DNA of 42,388 nt from positions 1-42,388 of IMG/VR virus record IMGVR_UViG_3300020045_000613; one strand, given 5' to 3'. Below are positions 25,603 to 34,300 of the stretch, in pieces. The translations under genes were made by a program, and so were the position numbers. The notes under the pieces were generated by a model. That model did no database searches, had not been told where the DNA came from, and was given only the letters and a program-made list of their open reading frames with translations. The DNA comes from a virus (lineage: Duplodnaviria > Caudoviricetes). The number at the start of each line of letters is the position of its first letter. Position 1 is the stretch's first letter.

Positions 25603-26190
25603 CTATCTCTTTCCAAACAGTTTGAGTAGAAGCTCGATTAGAAGCTCAAGGAGGCCCTTTGACTTAGTTGGGCTAGGGCTACCGCCCGTGGAGGGCTTAG
25701 GCCCGTCAGTGGGCTCCGCTGTGGCCGGAATCGATGTTCCTTTACCAGACCAGAGGTTGATTTCCTTCTCTCGTCTATTGACCAGTCCCTGCATCACCTT
25801 ACCATCATTCTGGTTCCATCTACGTAGCTGTGCAGGCACAGCATTGTAGTCACCAGCGTTTAGGAGACGAAGCAGTGTAGAGCTAGCAAAGGCACCGATC
25901 CCCACATTGTAGGCAAAGGAAACAAGAGCACCGAACTGATCGTCACTTAGCGAGACTTGTATAAGTCGAGCTACCTTAGCAGCGAATGCTTCCAGATCAG
26001 CAGTGAGATATTGTTCAGCCTGTGCCTGAGTGATGGTAGTGCCAAGCTTGACAGGCTTCCCACCAATCTTAGTCGTACCATAACCAATGGTTACAGGAAG
26101 ACCATTAGAGCTACCGGGGTCGGGGTAGGCCTTCAAACGAAGACCTTCCGACTCCTTGATGTGATTGATTGTCTTCTGATTTAGTTTCAT
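25603..26190 (-). CDS. GH24 lysozyme endolysin with P/T/S linker and C-terminal amphipathic helix
   Basis: SEGLRLKAYPD, TIGYG, ALVSFAYNVG and GLVNRR motifs. Confidence 0.93.
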   Translation of the reverse strand: MKLNQKTINHIKESEGLRLKAYPDPGSSNGLPVTIGYGTTKIGGKPVKLGTTITQAQAEQYLTADLEAFAAKVARLIQVSLSDDQFGALVSFAYNVGIGAFASSTLLRLLNAGDYNAVPAQLRRWNQNDGKVMQGLVNRREKEINLWSGKGTSIPATAEPTDGPKPSTGGSPSPTKSKGLLELLIELLLKLFGKR

Positions 26191-28442
26191 TATCCATTAC
26201 CTTTTCTCTGAGCCCAGTCCTTGAACCAAGCAACAGTCTTTCCACGAAGGAACGAGTTAGCACTAATCACCCTAGAGGAGAGATAGTTTGACAGGGGCTC
26301 ATCATCAGGAGCCTTCAACACAATGGCAGCATCACCAGCACCGAGGAAGTGGGCAGCATACAGCGTACCATTATTCAGGGCCACGTCCTTGCCAGCCAAG
26401 AAGCGAGCATTCTCAGCAGTGAACAATCTAATTGCCACCTCTTGCTGATTAGGATCGGTTCTACCATCGAACGTAATCCCAGTGTTAGGATAACGCTTAA
26501 CCAGATCATCCCAAGTAGACTTCAGGAACTGATAGCGACCCAATGCCGTAGAGGTTGGATTAGCTGCACTATCATTACCACCGCTCTCAGCAGACCTGAT
26601 ACTAGGCAGGTAGGAGTCATAACTGATTCCACCAACATCTGTATAGGCCGGATCAAGGGGAGGAAGCGTAGAGCCAGTAAGGGCAGAAGCCTGATTAGTC
26701 TCTAGCTGATCGAACGTGAAAGTCTCAGGCTGCAACTCAGACAGGGTGTTGGTTACATCAAGAGCAGCATTCACCTTATCGGCAATCCCACCTTCACTAA
26801 TACCAAACCACTTCTGAGCGTAGTCTCTCTCCCATAGCGTCTTAGCGTCCTGACCAGTTAGGTTGGCCTGAGCATTGATGTTATCGTTGAGAGGAATACC
26901 GATGGAGTTGGAGCCAGTGTTGACTTCACCAGCCAGAGCAACAACACGAGGGTTGTTCAGGTATTCAGCCTTAGGGACAAACTCAACAGCACTGCCATTC
27001 CATACAGGCTCAAGGAGCTGGTTCATCGGAATGTTGTTGACAGCAACTCTCTCACCACCCGTAGGGTCAGTGATAGGAACGCTAGTCCAATACTGATTGA
27101 TAGCAGGGCCTAACACCACCTCATAGTTCTCTCTGAGGATGTTAGCAGTCTCGGCTACGTGTTCAGCACTCCAACCATTCTTAGCCACCAGATCACGAAC
27201 AGCAGGGTTAGCAAGGAAAGCAACAGTGTCCTTGTATCCAAGAGCACCATCCTTAGCACTACGCTCATTTAGATAGACGCCATCAGCAGCAATGTTGATG
27301 AAGTCCATAACCTCTTGTTCGGCCTCTGGAGACAGGCCAGTAACAGCAGCGGCCTCAGCCATACTCTGCATGGTCTTACCAGCAGCAGGTGTGTTGTCAA
27401 GCAGGTTGGAGAAGAACCCCTTACTGTTATCGGACAGACGCTTGATAACTTCAGCATCAAACATCTTCTCCATAACAGCGGTGTTATTAGAGAGGCCGAG
27501 TTCCTTAAACAAGTTTGCCTGTGCAATGTAGGAAGCTGTAGTCGGGTCTTGCATCTGCATCTGATTGTAGAGAAGCTGTGTAGTCTTAGCCTGATTCTCC
27601 AACATCGTAATGTCAGTAGTACCAGCAGCGTAAGACGCCACCATAGCCTGCAAGTCCTTCATAGGCTTGGTGATGAATGCAGCATCCTGACCTAGTGCCC
27701 CACCTTCAATAGAAGCCAGAGCCGTACCGATCTTCAGATCATACTGTTTGATAATCTCAGCCTTAGCAACTGGGTCATTACCAGCAGCGTCAATAGCTGC
27801 AATGGTGTCATTAGTCATCTTCTGTGCAGCAGGCACAGCAGCAGCCGACAGATTAGTAAGATGCTCCAAGCCTTGCTGTTTCATACCTTCACTGAGGAAG
27901 CCATTCTGCTGAGTCATTAGATCAGCTTTTCTCTTCCAAGCATCAAGTACTCTAGTCTCAGCCAGAACCCCTTCATACTGTTGGTCGGTGTAGCCAAGCG
28001 TAGCAGCCTCAAGCGACTTAGCCTCAGCAGCACGATCAGCAACCGTACCCTCAACAACGACATGACCGAAGCCACCATCCTTGGTGAGCTGAGTCCACAC
28101 CTTATCCACATCGTCACGGAGAGCAGGGGCATTAGCCAAATACTGACTACGAATATTACGTAGCCTCAGCATAGCCTCCTGCTTTCCATTAGGACCAAAC
28201 TTCCCCTGTTCGTATGCATCAATAACATCCAATGACTCATTCTCATAATCATTGAGCATCTGATACTTACCGTCTTCAGCCTGTTGAGCGAAGACAGAGC
28301 CAGCTACCTGACCAACAAGCTTAGCTGCTGGGGCAAAGGCATTGGCTATCATAGAACCACTGTCGTCTTGGACAGGGTTCTGCACAGCCACAGAGGGGGC
28401 GATTTCCCCCTCTATAATTGTATTACCGAAATCAACTGCCAT
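26190..28442 (-). CDS. Internal virion (ejection) protein with C-terminal lysozyme-like/transglycosylase domain
   Basis: IRSAESGG...ALGRYQFLKSTW...YAAHFLG; 750 aa. Confidence 0.8.
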   Translation of the reverse strand: MAVDFGNTIIEGEIAPSVAVQNPVQDDSGSMIANAFAPAAKLVGQVAGSVFAQQAEDGKYQMLNDYENESLDVIDAYEQGKFGPNGKQEAMLRLRNIRSQYLANAPALRDDVDKVWTQLTKDGGFGHVVVEGTVADRAAEAKSLEAATLGYTDQQYEGVLAETRVLDAWKRKADLMTQQNGFLSEGMKQQGLEHLTNLSAAAVPAAQKMTNDTIAAIDAAGNDPVAKAEIIKQYDLKIGTALASIEGGALGQDAAFITKPMKDLQAMVASYAAGTTDITMLENQAKTTQLLYNQMQMQDPTTASYIAQANLFKELGLSNNTAVMEKMFDAEVIKRLSDNSKGFFSNLLDNTPAAGKTMQSMAEAAAVTGLSPEAEQEVMDFINIAADGVYLNERSAKDGALGYKDTVAFLANPAVRDLVAKNGWSAEHVAETANILRENYEVVLGPAINQYWTSVPITDPTGGERVAVNNIPMNQLLEPVWNGSAVEFVPKAEYLNNPRVVALAGEVNTGSNSIGIPLNDNINAQANLTGQDAKTLWERDYAQKWFGISEGGIADKVNAALDVTNTLSELQPETFTFDQLETNQASALTGSTLPPLDPAYTDVGGISYDSYLPSIRSAESGGNDSAANPTSTALGRYQFLKSTWDDLVKRYPNTGITFDGRTDPNQQEVAIRLFTAENARFLAGKDVALNNGTLYAAHFLGAGDAAIVLKAPDDEPLSNYLSSRVISANSFLRGKTVAWFKDWAQRKGNG

Positions 28443-31400
28443 ATGCTTCTACCCCTATAGTTCGCCATTCTTTAATCTGCTCGATCTGTTCCTTAGTAAG
28501 ATTACCACGAGACAGAATAGTGTTAAGTTGTTCGTCACTGTAGAGCCCAGCAGCCGAAGGGTCTTGCAGCTTATTGAGGGCCTGAGGGTTCTGACGAAGC
28601 TTCATCTTGAAGTAGTCAGACGCCTTCTCCTGAAGCTGAGGATTGTCAGCATACATGATGGAGATATACTTCATCACCTTAGTCATGCTTTCAAGCTCCG
28701 CAACATCAGTGCCTTCACGAGTGAGCATACCGAAATAACGATCCATGACGATTTCAATATCACCATCAATCTTATCATCGATTTCCCATTTAGCCATATT
28801 GCCTTCCCAGTATCGAGCTTCGTCGATAGTCTGGAAGCCAGCAGCCTTACCCATCGTATCCCAATAAGAGACATCCTCATCCACTACCTGACCAGTGGCA
28901 GTCTTAATCTGCCCAGCCTTAGAGATGAGCATAGACTTCCAAAGGTTAGATGTACCAGAGAACATCTCCATAGCTGTGATACCGATCTGCTTCACTTCAT
29001 CTATGTTCTCGTAGTTGCCGGGCGTAGCCCAGTTAGTCACCGCCCTAACAAACTTACGGATACGGCCATTATCGTCAGCAACGAGAGAAACGGCAGCACT
29101 GCCTCCGACGAGTTCAGAAAAGTTCCCATTGATAAGCTCCCCAACAAATTCAATCATTGGTTCAAATGTAATGGGCTGTAAGCTGTCAGAGACATCAATG
29201 CCCACCTTCTCTCCACTGATCGTGCTTAACCAAGAGTTGAGCATGGCATTAGCCAAACCCCCCTTAATGATTTCACGCTCTTCCACCATCTCAGCAGGCA
29301 GATATTTATCCACGAAGCCCTCAATCAGAGGGATACCGGGCAAGCCAAATGCCACACTGTAACCAGCAGCCAGTCTTAGACGTTCACTCTTAGTGAGCCC
29401 ACGATGGCCGATGATAAGGCCAGTGGCCATCTTATGTGGAGCCTGAAGGAACTGCATGACGACTGAGAGACTGTTGGAGTTGTAAGGCATATCACCACCA
29501 CGGTTCATATCACCCGTGAGGGCTCTCACCTTAGCTACAAGAGCTTCTCGTTCACTGGCGGTAATGGCACGGCCCTTAACCAGATCGTTAAGTCTGTTCC
29601 ACTCCATAGCATACACCATGCTCATAAGACCCTGCTCACCAAGATCGAAGCCAACTGACTGAGCAATCTTCAACGGCTTGCCAGCAATGCTAGCAGTACG
29701 CTGAGCGATGTTTCTGTCAGCCAGTCTAGCAGCATCGTCCTGTAGAAATGAGTGAGCATTCACAGCATTGCTCAGACCACTAAGTTCGTAGTCCTCAAGC
29801 ATACGCTGAGTCTCTTTCATATCAAGGCCATACTTACCCACCTTCTCAATCGTGGTGAGGTCAACACCTCTATGCCATGCACCCATGATACCAAGCTGCT
29901 TCACAATCTTGGGCCAGTACTGAGGACCAAGGGAAGAGACAATCACCAGCCCCGGTGCAATCTGCAGGGGAAGCTGACGAATAGGATTAGAGGCAAGAGA
30001 CAGCTTGAAGGCTGTCAGTCGTCCCACCTTAGTCGGATCAATAGAGGCAAGCTTAGAAGCACCCTTGTCCAACCAATCCCACCCAAGTCTACCAGCGCCT
30101 TGAGACATAGCAGAGAAGAATGCCTTAGAGGCATCGTCAATCATATTCCCATATCCAGACTCAAGCTGTTCGATATGTCGGAATGCATGGCGGGCTTCAG
30201 TGGCTCCGGGCATGTTCTGAATAGCATCAATGCTATCGGGGAACATACCGGGCTTAGTAGTCAGCTTATTCCACTGACTCATCCACCTACGCTTCTCAGC
30301 GTCAATGACGTTACGATAGGAGACACGATGAGAGATGGAGGCAATAGAACGTACAAGGCTGTCCAGTGGAGACTCTACACCATGATCGGTGAGGGTCTTA
30401 TCACTAGAGCCCTTAACACGCTCCAGCCGCTTCCCACGAATCTTCTGAGCACTTCTACCAGCGTTGGTAGCAACGTCCATATGTTCGTCAAAGGGATCAA
30501 GGCTCTTGTCACGACGGAAGAAGTATTCCCCATCAGTTGATGTGGCATTAAGTCTGTCAGCCTCAAGCCTAGCATCTCTACTACTGGCAGCACGAGCTAT
30601 AGTCTTCTTAGTGCCATCCTTAGCAGTGTGGACAATGTAGTAGGGATCGTTATACTTGACATGGTAGTAGCCATCCCGATAGTTCAGGATAGTGTCGTCA
30701 TCTCGCACCATACGTGACCAACCACCATCAGGCGTGTTACGACTAATGACGTGTTCAATGTCGCCTTCCTTATTACGGAGCTTGGCAATGTGACCGCCAG
30801 CATCGTACAGTTCGTCGAGCTGCCTGTTCGTCATCTCAACAAACGTACCAGTACCTACGTCATACACCTTGTTCGGGGCTCCGCTTCTACCTACACGGCT
30901 CGTCAGGAGCTTGGTGTTGGAAGGGCGATGCTCAAAGAGTTCAAACCCTCTGTCACGCAAGCCACGAGCAATGTCTTGGTTCTCAAGAACATACAGTGTA
31001 TCCTGAAGACGCTTCCAATGAGCAAGGGCTTCAATCGTATCATCACTCATACCACGAGCACGGAGTCCAGCCATAGAGAACTTAATCTCCTGTTCGTTAG
31101 CCAGACGGATGTAATCATCAGCCCTCACCTGCTGTTCACTAGAGAGCTTATTAAACTTAGTCGTGAACTCCTTAGCACTGTTGAGGAACTGCTTCTGAAT
31201 ACCAGAAGACCGATCAGCAGCAGCAACACCGGGGACATAGGCACGAGGATCAATGTTAAGGCTCTTAGGAACAAGCTGCTGTACTAAGCCACCATCCTTG
31301 TCAAAGAACTTACCAGCGTCAGGCACACGAATGAACTTAAGCAGCTTACCAACATCATAGCCAGTGAACTTAGCGTCCTTGGGGCTATAGCGATACTGGT

Positions 31401-33585
31401 AGTCAACCTGAACGAGGAAGTTACCATTCCTCAGATCACCCTTAGTGTGGGGAGCATAGTTACCATCAGCCTGACGGCTGAGCAGCGTAATGTCCTTATC
31501 CTTCACACCATACTTAGCCAGAGCAGCACGAACAGTGTCGATAGCAATGTAAGCATCACTGAACCCACCGTCCTTAGGACCATACACCTGCTTCAGAGAA
31601 ACACCAACATCAGTTGAGTTGATCGAGGGGCCTACGTTACTAACAGAAGCCATGGCACTACGGTTGGTAATGCCCATAGTGTTCTTGAAGTCTTCGTTGA
31701 TACGAGCCTCAGCCGCTGCTCTCTCAGCAGCATCCATCCAGCTAGTACCTTCACTCTTATTGATGTGCTTGGTGATGCTTTCGATTGGCTGAGCCAACGA
31801 CTCATCAAACTCCACCTTATTGCTGATACGGCCATCAATGCCAATCTCAGGAAGGAAGTCGTGAGCAAGAGCATCCTGCTTACTAGTGCCAGCCAGCATC
31901 TTAGCAGCCCCATCAGTGGGGTCTGCAATAATCATAGCATGGGCTGCCTTAGTCTTAGTGACATTCGTATTCCGATAAGTGGAAGCAAGAGAGCGAGGCT
32001 GCACATTGCTACTGATCTGCTGAGCACGGACGTTAGCGATAGAGGGCGTAGAAGCCTTGATAGCACCAACATTGTTACGAAGCTCTTCAATCTGAGCAGC
32101 GGTCATCTTATCAACGATAGTAGCATTATCAACCACATCATCCACAAGGGCACCACTGGTAATCAAACCACGAAGCTCATCAATCTCAGCCTTCGTACCC
32201 TCAACGGGAAGGTTGTCCAGCACTAGGTTCACACGATCAGCAATAGGAAGGTCAGGTACACCGCCATTGAGGAAAGCTGTACGCTTATCACGAATAATGC
32301 CAATGTTCCCACGAAGATCAAGAATCTGCTGACCAGTGAGGTTATCGGTGATACGAGCATTGTCAATTACGTTGTCAATAGAGAAGCCAGCAGGGTTATC
32401 AAGCTCAGACATAATCAATGTACGAAGCTGGGTGATGTCACCACTGGTAGGCTCAATAGGCAAGCTGTCAATAACATTGTCAATATCAGCGATATTACTC
32501 GTCACTGCAATGACCGGGTCTTCAGGAACCACTACCAAAGACTGAGAGCGCGGCAGGGGCTCTAGGAGCCTCTCTGAGCGGGCTATAGTCTCTTCGGCTA
32601 CCCTAGCCGCATCCCCTGCCTCTACAGCCGCCCTACCCCCCTTAAAAAGGCCGCCAAGGCCCCTCGCTGCACCCTTGAGGGGTGTTAGCAGGACAGTGGC
32701 ATCCAGAACAGAGAATACGTCATCCACCCACTTGTCAGTGTTGCCATAGGCACCGGGGATAATCATACGCTCAAGAGCTTGGATTTGACGGAGCATTGTA
32801 GGATCACCCTGTGGTCCCTTGCTAGCTCTAATTACCTTGATGAAGTTATCAATGATGGGCTTACGCTGTTCGATAGGCATTCTAAGGAATGCAGTACGCA
32901 GACGTTCACGATTAGAACCAAGAAGCAGCATCGTCCCAACAGCATTGGGAACCCCACCCTCACCAGCATTCAATCTATTCTCAAAGATAACCTGATCGGC
33001 AGGATCAAGGAACGGAACGATGGACAGGGCCAAGCTCTGCACATTAGTTGCCAGATTGGGATCGGCTTCACTGTTCAGTGCATTGATCGTCTGCTGCGAC
33101 CAAGCAGCATAGTCATCCACTTCCTGATAGCCCTTACCAATGGCAATACGGAGAGCTTCCTGTTCAGGGTTCTCACCGGGATCGTCATCGACCACAGCAG
33201 ACATACCCACCTTGTACGAGAGACTGGTCTTATTCATACCAGACATCCAACCATACATCAGGTCAGTCTTCTGTTGATCGGTGACTGCAGGATCAGCAAG
33301 CGTCTCCTTAAGAGCCTCAGTCATGCCAGCCATATCATTAGTTTCCCACTTACCGAGAATCTGATCCAGCGTGGCAGAGCTAGTGGAGAAGCTAAGCTGA
33401 CGAGAGATGGACTGATAGGTATTCTCCACCGTGTCATCAGTGGCAAGAGCGGCACCGAACACAGCGATGTTATTCACCGTATCGCTATTAGCAGCCGGTG
33501 ACGGCTTGCCCTTAGGCTGCAGATCAGCTAGCTGAACCACATCGTCCTTAGCAGGCCGATTAAAATCTTGCAATGTTAGTGCCAT
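28432..33585 (-). CDS. Large internal virion (ejection) protein, 1717 aa
   Basis: Size, helical composition and position after the tail genes. Confidence 0.8.
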   Translation of the reverse strand: MALTLQDFNRPAKDDVVQLADLQPKGKPSPAANSDTVNNIAVFGAALATDDTVENTYQSISRQLSFSTSSATLDQILGKWETNDMAGMTEALKETLADPAVTDQQKTDLMYGWMSGMNKTSLSYKVGMSAVVDDDPGENPEQEALRIAIGKGYQEVDDYAAWSQQTINALNSEADPNLATNVQSLALSIVPFLDPADQVIFENRLNAGEGGVPNAVGTMLLLGSNRERLRTAFLRMPIEQRKPIIDNFIKVIRASKGPQGDPTMLRQIQALERMIIPGAYGNTDKWVDDVFSVLDATVLLTPLKGAARGLGGLFKGGRAAVEAGDAARVAEETIARSERLLEPLPRSQSLVVVPEDPVIAVTSNIADIDNVIDSLPIEPTSGDITQLRTLIMSELDNPAGFSIDNVIDNARITDNLTGQQILDLRGNIGIIRDKRTAFLNGGVPDLPIADRVNLVLDNLPVEGTKAEIDELRGLITSGALVDDVVDNATIVDKMTAAQIEELRNNVGAIKASTPSIANVRAQQISSNVQPRSLASTYRNTNVTKTKAAHAMIIADPTDGAAKMLAGTSKQDALAHDFLPEIGIDGRISNKVEFDESLAQPIESITKHINKSEGTSWMDAAERAAAEARINEDFKNTMGITNRSAMASVSNVGPSINSTDVGVSLKQVYGPKDGGFSDAYIAIDTVRAALAKYGVKDKDITLLSRQADGNYAPHTKGDLRNGNFLVQVDYQYRYSPKDAKFTGYDVGKLLKFIRVPDAGKFFDKDGGLVQQLVPKSLNIDPRAYVPGVAAADRSSGIQKQFLNSAKEFTTKFNKLSSEQQVRADDYIRLANEQEIKFSMAGLRARGMSDDTIEALAHWKRLQDTLYVLENQDIARGLRDRGFELFEHRPSNTKLLTSRVGRSGAPNKVYDVGTGTFVEMTNRQLDELYDAGGHIAKLRNKEGDIEHVISRNTPDGGWSRMVRDDDTILNYRDGYYHVKYNDPYYIVHTAKDGTKKTIARAASSRDARLEADRLNATSTDGEYFFRRDKSLDPFDEHMDVATNAGRSAQKIRGKRLERVKGSSDKTLTDHGVESPLDSLVRSIASISHRVSYRNVIDAEKRRWMSQWNKLTTKPGMFPDSIDAIQNMPGATEARHAFRHIEQLESGYGNMIDDASKAFFSAMSQGAGRLGWDWLDKGASKLASIDPTKVGRLTAFKLSLASNPIRQLPLQIAPGLVIVSSLGPQYWPKIVKQLGIMGAWHRGVDLTTIEKVGKYGLDMKETQRMLEDYELSGLSNAVNAHSFLQDDAARLADRNIAQRTASIAGKPLKIAQSVGFDLGEQGLMSMVYAMEWNRLNDLVKGRAITASEREALVAKVRALTGDMNRGGDMPYNSNSLSVVMQFLQAPHKMATGLIIGHRGLTKSERLRLAAGYSVAFGLPGIPLIEGFVDKYLPAEMVEEREIIKGGLANAMLNSWLSTISGEKVGIDVSDSLQPITFEPMIEFVGELINGNFSELVGGSAAVSLVADDNGRIRKFVRAVTNWATPGNYENIDEVKQIGITAMEMFSGTSNLWKSMLISKAGQIKTATGQVVDEDVSYWDTMGKAAGFQTIDEARYWEGNMAKWEIDDKIDGDIEIVMDRYFGMLTREGTDVAELESMTKVMKYISIMYADNPQLQEKASDYFKMKLRQNPQALNKLQDPSAAGLYSDEQLNTILSRGNLTKEQIEQIKEWRTIGVEAYGS

Positions 33586-33599
33586 ATAATCCTGTTCCT

Positions 33600-34040
33600 C
33601 TATTCCTTAAATACTGACTGGAAGCCGCCTAAGCCGCTCGTAATCGTATTAGTCCAAGCCCCGATTGTATTAGCTGTTGAAGTGAAGTCAGCAGCACTCT
33701 GTAGGTTCTTGTTGATACCAGCGTTGGAATTACTCTCCCCTAAGCTACTACCGAAGATACCTGCTAGGTTTGTACTCAATGCACCAACAGCACCGATCTG
33801 ACCACTGGAGCCAGTGGAACCTTGGTTCTCACTACCAGCGATAAGCTGTGCTCTACGAATACGAGCCTCTCTCACCTTCTGTCGTCTACTCTCTACAGAG
33901 TTAACCTTCTGCTGAGCCCCTTGTACAGCGTTGGCCTCCTTCTGCGCATTAGCAGCCGATGAAGCAGCACTGGCCTGAGCAATGCCACCAACGATACTAG
34001 TGACTGCAGAGATGGCCCCAATAATTAACTCAAGTCCCAT
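33600..34040 (-). CDS. Internal virion protein (T7 gp14-like)
   Basis: Hydrophobic Ala/Gly N-terminus; basic central helix (REARIRRAQ); synteny. Confidence 0.7.
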   Translation of the reverse strand: MGLELIIGAISAVTSIVGGIAQASAASSAANAQKEANAVQGAQQKVNSVESRRQKVREARIRRAQLIAGSENQGSTGSSGQIGAVGALSTNLAGIFGSSLGESNSNAGINKNLQSAADFTSTANTIGAWTNTITSGLGGFQSVFKE

Positions 34041-34300
34041 TTCCACACCTCATAGCCTTCATGCTGCCCCACCTTATGAGGATCACCGATCATCTTGACA
34101 ATACGGCTATCCTTCGTATAGGTGAACAGTTCTTCATAACCGTCGAAGTAGAGGGAGATGACAACCTCCCCCCATTTCTCTCTTATCTTTTTCAACACTG
34201 CTTTAGACATATTGAAGATACCAACATGTACGAATAGGAGGCCATTAATCTCTTCCATCCACACACGGATATCATCGTCTTCATAATACGTTCTAGACAT
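34025..34300 (-). CDS. Virion assembly protein (T7 gp13-like)
   Basis: Position after the nozzle gene; 91 aa. Confidence 0.6.
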   Translation of the reverse strand: MSRTYYEDDDIRVWMEEINGLLFVHVGIFNMSKAVLKKIREKWGEVVISLYFDGYEELFTYTKDSRIVKMIGDPHKVGQHEGYEVWKWDLS

